Source of the DNA: Heptranchias perlo
Taxonomy: Eukaryota
Length of the DNA stretch: 64,000 bases
Direction: 5' to 3'
NCBI RefSeq assembly: GCF_035084215.1
Contig: NC_090345.1
Location: 5,084,001-5,148,000 of the forward strand
Part shown: positions 34,290 through 48,364 of the stretch, one piece after another
How the letters are laid out: each line of letters starts with the position of its first letter
Numbering within the stretch: the first letter of the stretch is position 1
Notes under the pieces: model-generated
Told to the model about the DNA's origin: nothing
Seen by the model: only the letters and a program-made list of their open reading frames with translations
The model's database searches: none
Made by a program: the position numbers and the translations under genes

Positions 34290-34715
34290 TCATCAGGAAA
34301 AGTGCTTTACGACCAATTAAGTACCTTTGAAGTGTAGTCACTGTTGGAATGTAGGAAATGTGGCAGCCAGTTTGCGCACAGCAAGATCCCTCAAGCAGCA
34401 ATGAGATAATGACCAGATAATCTTTTTACTGATGTTGGTTGAGGGATAAATATTCGCCATGGGCACCGGGGAGAACTCCCCTGCTCTTTTCAAAATAGTG
34501 CCATGGGATCTTTTACGTCCACCTAAGAGGGCAGATGGGGCATCGGTTTAATGTCTCATCCGAAAGACGGCACCTCCGACAGTGAAGCACTCCCTCAGTG
34601 TCGCACTCCCTCAGTGTCAGCCTGGATTTTGTATTCAAGTCTCTGAAGTGAGACTTAAATTCACAACCTTCTGGCTTAGAGGTGAGAGTGCTACCACTGA
34701 GCCACAGCTGACACC
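34290..34715 (-). mobile_element. tRNA-derived Deu-type SINE
   Basis: Near full-length copy of the recurrent family. Confidence 0.8.
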
Positions 34716-35869
34716 ATTATTCATGTATCTTAATAAATGTCCAATATATAATGTATAAAATCAATAGTCCTTTGTAAGGTTACATTGATATTTATTATCA
34801 AGTTGCATTTTTGTTTGCAACAGCTCCTGAAGGGATTTATTAACAATTATTAATGAAATATAGATATTACTTCATGTGTATATTGCTGTTTAATGCAGCT
34901 CTTTCATGGATATTTGATCTATACTAATTGTACATATATTTCTATCTAATGCAGATATTAGTTAATATACATTCAATTTATACAGAAATTAATATATATT
35001 AGTGCATAATTATTTAATCACTGCATATATTTAAGGTATATATTATTTTATGCATAATTATTAATGCATATATATATATATACATACATACTACTGTTAA
35101 TTGTTGCCCCTGCACTTTCTGGAATCGATAGGACGAGGGGACATTGCAATAATATTCCACGTTAGAGTTTAATATATTGCAAATAAATCGCTTCTGATCG
35201 ATTCTAAAATCTGACTGCACTGCAGTCAGACGCCGAATCAGTCACGTCCGTGGGATTTCCAGCCGAGCTAATGCCGAGGAGCTGACGGTGCAGAGAGAGT
35301 ACGTGCACAGCAAAGAATCTAAACTGCCTGTGTAAACCTTTGCAAAAATCCTTATCTTTCGTTGAAACATTTTTTTTACAAAACAAGTGGCAAAATACAA
35401 TTGCATCGCCTTAATGATAAAATGTTACAATTGTAAATGTATTTGCATCATTAGTGCAAATAATTACTGATTTATAATTAACTTTCAACTATTAAAACTA
35501 AATAATTTTAATGAAACGCTCATTAGAAAATGCTAGAGGCCGGTAGCAGCAACGTGAATAGACACCGTAATTACATGTATATACTGCGCTCACACAATAT
35601 AAGACGCCATCTTGTTCCACTGTGCTATATTTCTGGAGGTATCATTGCTGTTTAAACTGTTTCACTTTATGCTGGGAGGCACATTGTTTAGTATTGAAGG
35701 GGTCAAATATCACACATCTGTGCTGCGTTAGCCAATCTCAGCCAAGCGGTGGAGGTGAAAGCAGAGTGATGAAAGGGAAGCCGCAGCTTTAATATTGTGA
35801 AAGACTGAAATTGTCGCCTGAACTTTTCAGCAATGGGAAATGTGCAGCTCAGATACACTGAGATTGCAA

Positions 35870-36450
35870 CTGTCAGCCATGGCTCAACGGGCAGCACTCT
35901 CGCCTCTGAGTTATGAAAGGTCGTAGGTTCAAGTACCATTCCACAGACTTGAGCACAAAATCTAGGCTGACAGTCCCAGTGCAGTACTGAAGGAGTGCGT
36001 CACTGTCGGAGGTGCCATCCATTAGATAAAATGCTAAACCGTGCCCCCGTCTGCCCTCTCAGATGGACGTAAAAGATCACACGGCCATTATTTCATAGAA
36101 GAACAGGGGAGTTCTCCCTGGTGTCCTGGCCAATATTATCCCTCAACCATCACTAAAAAACAGATTATCTGGTCATTATCCCACTGCTGTTTGTGGGACC
36201 TTGCTGTGCACAAATTGGCTGCTGCGTTTCCTACATTTTCCCCTCCGAGCCGCACATCATCCCGACTTGGAAATGTATCGCCGTTCCTTCATCGTCGCTG
36301 GGTCAAAATCCTGGAACTCCCTACCTAACAGCACTGTGGGAGAACCTTCACCACACGGACTGCAGTGGTTCAAGAAGGCGGCTCACCACCACCTTCTCAA
36401 GGGCAACTAGGAATGAGCAATAAATATCGGCCTTGCCAGCGATGCCCGCA
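35870..36450 (+). mobile_element. Deu-type SINE followed by a LINE 3' tail
   Basis: tRNA head at about 35880-35940, Deu core to about 36235, then AGSKSWNSLPNS..FKKAAHHHLLKG and AATAAA. Confidence 0.7.
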
Positions 36451-36817
36451 CAAAAATCTTTAAAATAAAGAGAGACCCGAAAGGTTGTAACAGGGAGCGT
36501 GGAGGCTGGAGAACAGATACAGGTTACCTAACAGATAACAGACTTTTTCTTGTATCCTGTCCAGGAGTATGAGAGAACAGTTAGAAGATCCTTAGACATG
36601 AGGCGCAGGATTCTAGTTTGGGCCTCTGTACAGAGTTCAAAGTTATTGAGGGAAATGTGTTTGTTACCAATAAATGTGGAAAAACTGCACCTTACAAGTT
36701 TCGGGTCTGCCTTAGATACTGTCTCGGGTACAGAGCTGTCACTCCCGTAAGCGGTCCTAGCATCTTAGGTTCAGGAGTGTGCCCAATATCTAACAATACA
36801 ATAGTGTAACCCAGGAA

Positions 36818-37350
36818 TGTAACAATGAGGCCCCCTTGTGGTTTGAACTGGATATTGTGTCTTTCGCACATGCCCTCCTCCAATCTTTTCCAAGGTAGAC
36901 TGAGACATTATAATAAGACGAGGCCCAAGAACCAATCGTCCCGTTGCTTTATTTTACAGACAATAAGTCAGACTTAATCAAATCTCACCTTGATCCAATT
37001 AACCATAGAACCCTCCTCGAGAACAAGAAAAATAATATTAGTGGGCTTGCTTAACTTTTCCTAGGCAGCCTTCTGATTCTGACCTGCTCTGGGGTTGGGA
37101 TGAGTGAGTTTCCCCTCATTAAGACAGGCTTCCCGTCATACCTAGCTGGCTGACTAATAGCCCATGTGTCTCTTTGTCCCTTTTCTCTCTGTGTTCCCAA
37201 CCAGTGGGAGGACAGTCCCTCTGAATTCTTCCCCGTTCAGTAGTTCGCCTGCGGGCCTGTCAATAAAACTCACTACCCTTCCATAATGGGCCTGGGATGA
37301 GTCAATTGACGTTCATTGTCCCTGTCTGACGTAGACTGTGAGCTGTGACA
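36818..37350 (-). mobile_element. Probable solo LTR
   Basis: On the minus strand it begins TGTCACA, ends TGTTACA and has AATAAA at about 36948-36953; no TSD recognised. Confidence 0.45.
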
Positions 37351-37844
37351 TGCCACAAACTGGCTCATCTAGCTTTAATACACATCTTCAAAGCCTGTAG
37401 TGTGGCCTTTTGTTTTGAAACATCTGTGAATTCACTTTATTTTAAAACATCACTCATGCCCAAAACTTTCCAAAAACTAAAAAAAAACTGATCAAAAATT
37501 TCACTGCAACAGGACAATTTAATTTTTGATTTGTTTGATGGGAGTGTAGCAGGAGCTTTACTCTGTATCTAACCTGTGCTGTACCTGCCCTGGGAGTGTT
37601 TGATGGGACATTTTATACGGTAGAAAGATTCTCCCAGCTCACTTGGAGGACAAACAATTATCTAAATTTTCTTTTTTTTGAATATGAAAAGTACTCAGCG
37701 TCCAAGCAAAGCCTGTGAATGATCTGATAGGGAGCCCCTACCAGGACAGGCAGTCACTGATTGTGCCCGGTCCCTTGGGACTTTAGTTCAGAAAAGTTAT
37801 TAAAATAAAGTTTGCGTTCACAAGCCGAGGCCTCTGCTCCGCAC

Positions 37845-37985
37845 TCAGCGTCCATTTGCCACTTTGAATAGCTCCTTCCGCCTGCGGTCTCTAGTCACCG
37901 AACGCACCTTCTTGCGGATTGTGCGAAGAGCCTCTCTGTAGTCCTCGTGGTGCATCTGGATGTACCCCTGGGGTTCACAGAATAT
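37845..37985 (-). CDS. CDC25: CDC25 M-phase inducer phosphatase, last exon
   Basis: IFCEPQGYIQMHHEDYREALRTIRKKVRSVTRDRRRKELFKVANGR*; CEPQ.Y..M.H motif. Confidence 0.92.
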   Translation of the reverse strand: MFCEPQGYIQMHHEDYREALRTIRKKVRSVTRDRRRKELFKVANGR

Positions 37986-38430
37986 CTACACGACAGAGAA
38001 ATGGGGTCAAAACGTTTAATGGGAAAACTCACAATCACCTCCCCATAGCTTATCACCTTCCACCTATCTCACTCTGGCCCGTCTCTCTCTTTCTCTCCAT
38101 CCATCTTGGTTTGTCTATTTCTGTCAATACAGCTTTCTCTGGTTCTTTGGTTCCTTTCTTGCTGTCTTTATCTTTCTATGCCCGTGGTCTCCGTCTGGCC
38201 CCTTTGTGTTTGCCTTTCTTTCTTGCTCTCTTTTTCTGTTTCTCAGTCCTTCTCTATCTTAGTCTCTCATTCTCTCCTCTCTATTTCTTTCACTACCTCT
38301 CTCACTCTCCCTCAGACTCTCGCTCACTCTCTGTCCCTCCTATAGTTTCCATCTGTTTACACATCCCAGCAGCTGCTCTCGAACATGTCCCCTTGACCCT
38401 GTTAACTGGTGGATATTCCAGTTGAGTTAC

Positions 38431-38542
38431 CTTGAACTCCTGGTAGAATTCCTTGTATCCGTCCTTTAGTATGTAAAGTTCCGGAAAGCAGAGCCTGGGA
38501 TACACGTTTGCGTTCCGGTCCATTCTCCTGAGATTCCGACAA
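38431..38542 (-). CDS. CDC25: CDC25 exon
   Basis: [37 protein letters not shown]; AG/GT flanks, phase 2/0. Confidence 0.95.
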
Positions 38543-38744
38543 CTGGGGATAAAAAAAAAATTGGAATAAAATTTAGGCGGGTTGCAAGTCAGTGACCTCC
38601 GGCCAATCACGCATCACGTGATTCCACGTTGCTCCCGCTAATGTCACATGACTTGGTGCTCCAGCGCTTTGTGCAGTGGGATATTGGACGGTAGGTTTTC
38701 ACCCGTGATTTCTCGCTGGGGTCATCTCTGATCTCAGGCACATA

Positions 38745-39480
38745 GCAGAGCAACAGCAGCACGTTGGCCCGTATAAGGAGAAGCAAAACTCAAAGAGGAA
38801 GCCCAGGCATTCTCGTGCGGCCAGCTAGCGAATACATCGGCAGAGGCCTGAGACTGGGTTGCCTGTCCACCAGATACACAGTGTGTGGGGTCAGAAGAAA
38901 CAAGAGAAAGGAAGAAAGAAAGAAAGACTTGCATTTCGATACTGCCTTTCATGACCTCACGACATCCCAAAATGCTCTACAGCCAAAGTACTTTTGAAGT
39001 GTCGTCACTGTTGTAATGTAGGAAACGCAGCGGCCAATTTGCGCACAGCAAGATCCCACAAACAGCAATCTGATAATAACCAGATCATCTTACATGTTGG
39101 TTGAGGGATAAATATTGACCAGGACGCTGTGGAGAACTTCCCTGCTCTTCATTGAAATAGTGCCATGGGATCTTTTACTTCCACCTGAGAGGGCAGATGG
39201 GGCCTCGGTTTAACATCTCATCCAAAAAACGGCACCTCCGACAGTGCAGCACTCCCTCAGCATTGAAGTGTCAGCCTACGAGTGGGGCTTCAACCTTCAA
39301 TCTTCCTTTCCTTCCTTTCTCTTGTTTCTTCTGACCCCACACACTGTGTATCTGGTGGACAGGCAACCCAGTCTCAGGCCTCTGCCGATGTATTCGCTAG
39401 CCGGCCGCACGAGAATGCCTGGGCTTCCTCTTTGAGTTTTGCTTCTCCTTATATGGGCCAACGTGCTGCTGTTGCTCTGC
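38745..39480. repeat. ~170-bp near-perfect inverted repeat enclosing a SINE
   Basis: 38745-38915 is the reverse complement of about 39310-39480; a minus-strand Deu-SINE occupies about 38925-39300. Confidence 0.9.
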
Positions 39481-39740
39481 CAGCGACTGAGGCAAGGCTG
39501 ACAATAAAGAGCAAATCAACCGTTCCTGTTCAGTGATCCCTGCTAGATGTGGGCTTGTGAGGGAGCGAAGTGTGGGGAGTGTGTGTGTGGGGGGGGGGGG
39601 GGAGTGTGGGGGGGGGGTGGGGAGCGTGGGTGGAGGGGGGAGCGTTGGGGGGGGGGGGCGGAGAGGAGCGCGGGGTGGGTGGGGGGACGGAGCGTGGGGG
39701 TGGAGGGGACGGAGCGTACCAGGATGTTAGTCAGACTTAC

Positions 39741-39874
39741 ACTTTGGGACCTCGCTCGGATGAGAACTCGCAGTGAAAGATGATGATGTTACACCTCCCC
39801 ACGGGACACGGAGCCGCCTGGCTGGGGAAGAATGCGTCGATAAGCAGCTCCTCTGTGTACAGGTTCAGGGCTCC
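39741..39874 (-). CDS. CDC25: CDC25 catalytic exon
   Basis: GALNLYTEELLIDAFF...IIIFHCEFSSERGPK with an intact HCX5R active site; AG/GT flanks. Confidence 0.96.
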
Positions 39875-40154
39875 CTGCAAAAACACACGGTATAAAGACT
39901 TTAGAATGAACTGGACGTCCGGAATGGAAAAGATTCCACCTCCCTCAATGTGATGAGCGGAATAACATAGGGAAAAATGAAATGGTTTCTGGCGGTGCTG
40001 GGCTGCCCGTCAGTCCATTTGCCCGAGTGGCCAACGTCCATGTGTGAGGCCAGACAGCGAGAGTCGGCAGGTCATTCAACCATACTGGGCATCACAGACA
40101 AGCGCAATCCTGTCCTCGCTCAACATTCGGACACGTGCCACCTTCAGAAGGGAT

Positions 40155-41555
<1,401 letters not shown>

Positions 41556-41746
41556 TAAAACAACTTAGAGGGAGCGACCACTTTGGGCCATTCTCACCCA
41601 ATTCCCAGACAGTATGGGCAATCTCCCTTCTCCACCTGCCTTGGGGGAAAAGAGGGCGGGAGAGGGCACTGTCTAAAATCTGAAGTGAGGAAAGCAATAA
41701 AAATTGCACAAGTCCGCACGGCATAAACAATGAGTAAGAAGCAAAC

Positions 41747-41845
41747 CTTTATGTGGCCTCCATCGTATTCGTACGGGTAGCGACAATCTACTATCACACA
41801 CTCATCGACGACATGCTCAAAACCTCCGGCCAGCAAAGCTGCCAA
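41747..41845 (-). CDS. CDC25: CDC25 exon
   Basis: [33 protein letters not shown]; contains the [12 protein letters not shown] signature. Confidence 0.96.
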
Positions 41846-42669
41846 CTGCAAAACAAACCAGAATCTCAGTGAGATCATTGTTGCAGAGAAAGAAAAGATA
41901 AAAAGATTATACAGCACCTTTCACAACCTCAGGACATCCCAAAGCTCTTTACAACCAATAAAGTACTTTTGAAGTGTAGTCACTGTTGCAATGTAGGAAA
42001 CTCGGCAGCCAATCTGCGCACAGCAAGATCCCACAAACAGCGATGTGATAATTACCAGATAATCTGTTTTTTAGTGATGTTGATTTGGGGCTAAATATTG
42101 GCCCAGGACACCTATCATTGTATCAAGGTAGGTACAGCACAGAAGAAGGCCATTCGGCCCATCGTGCCTGTGCCGGCTCTTTGAAAGAGCTATCCAAGAG
42201 CTGGGAGAACTCCCCAGCTCTTCTTCGAAATTGTGCACTGGGATCTTTTAAGTCTACCTGAGAGGGCACCTCTGACAGTGCAGCACTCCCTCAGTCCTGG
42301 CACTGGGAATGTCAGCCTGCATTCTGTCAGAGACCCAAAGGAAGGGCACGGTGCACGAGATGACAACGTTCGAGAGAGAAGCAAGAGATCATTCCCGTGG
42401 CCCCAACATAGAGTGGGAGGGGGGTGCGGGGGAGGTGTGGGGCGGGGGGAGTTAGCACAACCCTAGAGCCAAATTATTGGTCGAGGAATGATCTGAGTTT
42501 CTCCTCCTGTTGAGGTGTTGCCTCTTGCTGGGACACAGATTCCACGGAGCACGGCCTCTCTCCACGATCCCCTCTCCATGATCCCGCCCCAAAATAGCAC
42601 GACTTCACGCAAGGGCCCCCACGATGAGCATGAGTGGGCTATTTCACCGCAGGGGGCATCACAGCTGAA

Positions 42670-43055
42670 CTGCATTCAGTTCTGGGCACCGCACCTCAGG
42701 AAGGATATATTGGCCTTGGAGGGGGCGCAACGCAGATTCACCAGAATGATACCAGGGCTAAAAGGGTTAAATTATGAGGACAAGTTGCATAGACTCGGCT
42801 TGTACTCCCTTGAGTTTCGAAGATTAAGGGGTGATCTAATTGAGGTGTTTAAGATGATTAAAGGATTTGATGGGGTAGATAGAGAGAAACTATTTCCTCT
42901 GGTGGGGGGAGTCCAGAACAAGGGGGCACAACATTAAAATTAGAGCCAGGCCATTCAGGGGTGATGTCAGGAAGCACTTCTTCACACAAAGGGGAGTGGA
43001 AATCTGGAACTCTCTCCCCCAAAAAGATGTTGAGGCTGAGGGTCAATTGAAAATA
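42670..43055 (+). mobile_element. CR1 LINE 3' fragment
   Basis: CIQFWAPHLRKDILALEGAQRRFTRMIPGL..RRLRGDLIEVFK. Confidence 0.85.
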
Positions 43056-43081
43056 GTTCTCAGTGCCAGAGCGCTACTCAC

Positions 43082-43144
43082 CGTCTGAACAGAAATATAT
43101 TTCAGATCTTGATGTTTCCCCTCTTCCACTGGCAGAACACAGGC
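43082..43144 (-). CDS. CDC25: CDC25 exon
   Basis: 63 nt, ACVLPVEEGKHQDLKYISVQT; contains the GKHQDLKYIS signature. Confidence 0.94.
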
Positions 43145-43623
43145 CTAGAGAAAGGAGCAAGGACACAGCAGTCATCGCCTGTCTCATTCTTTCCCTCTGT
43201 TGTGAATTTTCTGCTCACTGAGGTCAGGGATGTCACTGCTGGGAATGCAGCACTTTCCAATATCAGGCAATGAGTGTTAGAATCAAACACTCCCAGGGCA
43301 GGCACAGCACAGCAGGTGCAGAGTAAAGCTCCCTCCACACAGGGAGCTTTACTCTGTATCTAACCCGTACTGCACCTGTCCTGGGAGTGTTTGATGGGAC
43401 AGTGTAGAGGGAGCTTTACTCTGTATCGAACCCGTGCTGTACCTGCCCTGCGAGTGTTTGATTCTAACACTCGCTGCCTGAAATTGAAAGTGTCCCACTC
43501 CCAGTACAACCATCCCTCACCTTCACGACCTCAAAATAAAAGAAACTCTTTTTAGCAGGGGAGTGGTGGAGGGAGTAACAGGGAGTGAGAGAAGGTGGGA
43601 GAGGGGGCTGGGATGGTTCTTAC

Positions 43624-43719
43624 TTTAGAGAAATCTCCGATGAGCCCTTTCTCATCTGAGTCTGGGATTTGTTTAACGTCAACTTCCTGGGAGCAGGACA
43701 ATCGCCGGAGATTATAAAC
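43624..43719 (-). CDS. CDC25: CDC25 exon
   Basis: VYNLRRLSCSQEVDVKQIPDSDEKGLIGDFSK; contains the LIGDFSK signature. Confidence 0.92.
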
Positions 43720-44094
43720 CTGGAAAAAGGATCCGAGACAGGTATCAGAATGGGACCAGTGCAGTGGGACTGCCTGCAATCCTCTCCCCTCCTCCCCCCA
43801 CTGGTGCCGACTGGAGTATAGGTTCCAGGAGCACCAGGTGCCCACTGGTGCCTCACCCTGGCGTCCGTATGTGAGTCTAGACAGTGAGTTTCAGCGGGCT
43901 ATTCCACCGTGAAAGCGTCGCAACCATACACGATCTTGGCCTTGCCTGAACAGACTCATCTGCTTCCCACCAGGGAGTTGCCGGATAGTGGCCGGGGGCA
44001 GGAGTCCTGGCTAATGTTATTTTCTTGTCCCACTCACGCATTCTGGGGGCAACTATTAATCTCCCACCATTACCCCGAGAGCACAGACCTCCAT

Positions 44095-45155
44095 CCCATC
44101 ACTGTGTGTGGGGGAATCACAGACACAGACCCCCGTCCCATCACCGTGTGGGGGAATCACAGACACAGACCCCCGTCCCATCAACGTGTGGGGGAATCAC
44201 AGACACAGACCCCCGTCCCATCAACGTGTTGGGGGGAATCACAGACACAGACCCCCGTCCCATCACCGTGTGAGGGAATCACAGACACAGACCCCCGTCC
44301 CATCACCGTGTGGGGGAATCACAGACACAGACCCCCGTCCCATCACCGTGTGAGGGAATCACAGACACAGACCCCCGTCCCATCACCGTGTGGGGGAATC
44401 ACAGACACAGACCCCCGTCCCATCACCGTGTGGGGGAATCACAGACACAGACCCCCGTCCCATCACCGTGTGGGGGAATCACAGACACAGACCCCCGTCC
44501 CATCACCGTGTGAGGGAATCACAGACACAGACCCCCGTCCCATCACCGTGTGGGGGAATCACAGACACAGACCCTCGTCCCATCACCGTGTGGGGGAATC
44601 ACAGACACAGACCCCCGTCCCATCACCGTGTGGGGGAATCACAGACACAGACCCCCGTCCCATCACCGTGTGGGGGAATCACAGACACAGACCCCCGTCC
44701 CATCACCGTGTGAGGGAATCACAGACACAGACCCCCGTCCCATCACCGTGTGGGGGAATCACAGACACAGACCCCCGTCCCATCACTGTGTGGGGGAATC
44801 ACAGACACAGACCCCCGTCCCATCACTGTGTGGGGGAATCACAGACACAGACCCCCGTCCCATCACCGTGTGGGGGAATCACAGACACAGACCCCCGTCC
44901 CATCACCGTGTGAGGGAATCACAGACACAGACCCCCGTCCCATCACCGTGTGGGGGAATCACAGACACAGACCCCCGTCCCATCACCGTGTGGGGGAATC
45001 ACAGACACAGACCCCCGTCCCATCACCGTGTGGGGGAATCACAGACACAGACCCCCCGTCCCATCACCGTGTTTGGGGGAATCACAGACACAGACCCCCG
45101 TCCCATCACCGTGAGAGGGGGAATCAGACACAGACCCCCGTCCCATCACCGTGTT
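44095..45155. repeat. Highly homogeneous 40-bp minisatellite (~26 copies)
   Basis: Unit GTGTGGGGGAATCACAGACACAGACCCCCGTCCCATCACC. Confidence 0.97.
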
Positions 45156-45288
45156 TGGGGGGGGGGGGGGGGGGGATCCCAGGAACAGACTGTGACCTTT
45201 GATAAACGTGAGTGAGTCACCCTTCTGTGCAGTCGTGCCAAAAATTAACCAAGGAAACGAGAACAGCCACCGTATGAATCAGGTTTAC

Positions 45289-45441
45289 CCGTCTCCGCTC
45301 TTTTCCCCAGTTTCCACGGAAACTGCTTCTCCTTTTCTTCTGGGCCGGTGTTTCATTCCCCTCTGCCTGTTCGGTGCGTTTGCTGCTGAGCTGGGTTGGA
45401 GGGGAGGAGACAATAGCCCCCGATCGCAAACGGGCACTGTC
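45289..45441 (-). CDS. CDC25: CDC25 exon with basic NLS-like region
   Basis: DSARLRSGAIVSSPPTQLSSKR...TPAQKKRRSS...ERRR; AG/GT flanks, phase 0/0. Confidence 0.75.
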
Positions 45442-45627
45442 CTGTCGAGAGGGGTACGTAGCGAATAAACAAATCACTGAGATCAAAAGGAACTTTGCAG
45501 GCGTGAGACTGAACTTAGGCAAGGAATCTAACTTAAAATTCTGAATTTGTTGTGTGATTGTGCTTAGCAAGGAGGGGATTATGAGGGCCAAGTGATAGAA
45601 TATTCTGCCACTTTAGTCACAATGAAA

Positions 45628-46098
45628 CTCTCCCAGGGCAGGTACAGCACGGGTTAGATACAGAGTAAAGCTCCCTCTACACTGTCCCACCAAACACTCC
45701 CAGGGCAAGTACAGCACGGGTTAGATACAGAGTAAAGCTCCCTCTACACTGTCCCATCAAACACTCCCAGGGCAGGTACAGCACGGGTTAGATACAGAGT
45801 AAAGCTCCCTCTACACTGTCCCATCAAACACTCCCAGGGCAGGTACAGCACGGGTTAGATACAGAGTAAAGCTCCCTCTACACTGTCCCATCAAACACTC
45901 CCAGGGCAGGTACAGCACGGGTTAGATACAAAGTAAAGCTCCCTCTACACCGTCCCATCAAACACTCCCAGGGCAGGTACAGCACGGGTTAGATACAAAG
46001 TAAAGCTCCCTCTACACCGTCCCATCAAACACTCCCAGGGCAGGTACAGCACGGGTTAGATACAAAGTAAAGCTGTCTTCACACTGTCCCATCAAACA
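45628..46098. repeat. 67-bp tandem repeat, 7 copies
   Basis: ACTCCCAGGGCAGGTACAGCACGGGTTAGATACAGAGTAAAGCTCCCTCTACACTGTCCCATCAAAC; dispersed copies at about 37536-37610 and 43283-43460. Confidence 0.95.
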
Positions 46099-46566
46099 CG
46101 TGCATGGGTGTCCCCAATGGTTCAGTGGGTATGTGAACCACACACAGCAGTACTGAGGCAGTCAGACTACGAAGATCCCAAGATCCACCCATGATCGGGG
46201 CTGAGGTAAGTTCTGAGCCGGAACAGGCAGTTGGAGTGCTGCAATTGACCTCAGTGTTTCAGGGATGGGGAGAGGAAGATAGACGAGCCAGGATTTCTGA
46301 TCCTGATGACTAGCCGGTGAGCGATACTGGACAGTGTGTGTCCATAACCCAAATGAAGAGAAGTTTCGGCTTGGCTGTGATGTCAAGAGTTGATTAGTCA
46401 GCACTCAGGGCCAAGGCTCACATGAAGCATGAAGATGTGGGAGAGGTACCAGAGGTGCCCAGCGAAGGTGGAACTGTACCCCACTGGGAGCTGATGCTGA
46501 ACGGACAGGAGAGACGAAATAACCACAAGCAAAAGCAAAATATAAAGATGGAGTGTTCAATCTCAC

Positions 46567-46627
46567 ATTTTCCTTCTCCTGTTGATGTACATTTCCCTCT
46601 GCCTTCATCTGTATTTTATCCAGGAGC
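46567..46627 (-). CDS. CDC25: CDC25 probable exon
   Basis: LLDKIQMKAEGNVHQQEKEN ending in a KEN motif; AG/GTGAG flanks; phase fits the neighbouring exons. Confidence 0.6.
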
Positions 46628-48364
46628 CTGATCTATACAATTAAACCAGTGAATGTTTTAGCATATTTTAACTGGAGGAGATAGAAATCAACAAAACCAT
46701 ACATCTGAAAAAAAATCTTATGTCTGCAGGACTTCCTGTCGTCACCTTTTGGTCACACGTTTGTGTCAAATATTATTGTGAGTTGTTATGTCCACGTTTA
46801 TTATGGGTTTTGCCTGTGTAAATTCGCCACTCTGATTGCACAATCTGGCCAGTCGGTTCCCACAACCCTCTGAAAATGTTTTCAGAAAAATGTTTTAGCT
46901 GCCATTTTTTTTCTCACTAACTGAAATTTCTGATTTCCAAAATAAAAAATAAAAAATTGCACATTTCGTAATAATGCGATTACATTTACCCATTGAATTG
47001 TCCTTTGTGTTTTCTCGTGCCTTTATTAAAGTTTTTTGCTTGAAGGCCTCAGCTTCTCCCAAAAGCCTGGGCTTGGAGTTGATACTTTTGCCCAGAGTTA
47101 GAATCACAGAATGGTTACAGCATGGAGGAAGGCCATTTGGCCCGTCGGGTCCGTGCCGGCTCTCTGCAAGAGCAATCCAGCTAGTCTCAGTCCCCCGCCC
47201 TATCCCCGTAGCCCTGCAAATTTTCTCCCTTCAAGTGCTTATCCAGTTCTCTTTTGAAAGCCCCGATTGAATCTGCCTCCACCACCCCCTCGTGAAATTG
47301 TGAGCAGAATTTAGATTGTGCGTCTGAGCAAGTGTATCAGTCTGCTCTACTGAGGAACATGTCTTCTTTACCTTTGAGTAGTTTCTGCTCAAAAGTTTTT
47401 GAAATTATTCAAATAAGAACTAAAGGACAAATTTCAAAATCTTTTTTATCAGGCAAAATTTATATGTTTTTTTTAAAAGGAGAGGCTGTGTATGGGTGCT
47501 CGAGAAAGAAAGAGAAAAAGAGACAGACAACTGATTATAAATCTGTTGTACCTTTGGTTTTCTGTTCTATACATTTCAGAAAGTGCATTAATCTACCCGA
47601 TCAATTCCTTTCAAAATCCTAAAAACCTCAATCAAGTCACCCCTTAACCTTCTATATTCCAGGGAACACTAGTCTAGTTATGTAAAGGCGTGCATTGTCA
47701 GAGTATACCTAGGTGGTGAAGATAAAAATCTTCCATAAGCAAATCGACTAGTACATTACTAAAAAGCTCGTGTTGGTGTGTATTTCCTATTGCCACTCTT
47801 TTAAGTCAACATTTAACATTGATGTTGCCTACGCAAGTATTTGGAATGGAAATCTTGTATGTAAACAGTTGCCTGTAACGATGTAGCTGCAGGCTCTGGC
47901 CACTAGGTGGCTCTGTGGAGCGAGTTTCTCTCCTGACTCTTGTCGCCATCTTGTCCATTAAACAAAAACTTATAATCGTCCACTAACATCAGGCAGCATC
48001 TCGAGCAATTTACTGGTGTCTTATTAAATAAACTGAAGTATTTTCCTAACTTACCGGCCTGGGGACTGTCTGCCTCACTGGAGTCTGGCTGCAAGGAGAA
48101 AGCAACGTTATCATAGACGCCACCCAATGTGACTAATTCCTTCACAGCTTTAAAGTTCCCCCACACCCCCACCCACCCCGGCCCCTCAAGACGCTGATTC
48201 ATTCTGGGGCTTAGGTCCATGGACATTGGCTGCTCTCCACAGCCTCACTAGCTATTCTTCAAAGAAAAAAGGAAGAACTTACATAGAATGTACAGAACAG
48301 AAACAGGCCATTCAGCCCAACAGGTCCGTGCTGGTATTTATGCTCTACACGAGCCTCCTCCTTC

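Noticed and set aside
44095-45155. 40-bp repeats with GGGGG/CCCCC hairpin potential and long ORFs
   Set aside because: Contiguous units with no spacers; the ORFs are by-products of the repeat in a CDC25 intron.
46990-48088. Candidate extra CDC25 exons (46990-47066, 47372-47419, 48055-48088)
   Set aside because: Splice-like flanks exist, but I could not join them in phase without stop codons; the model works without them.
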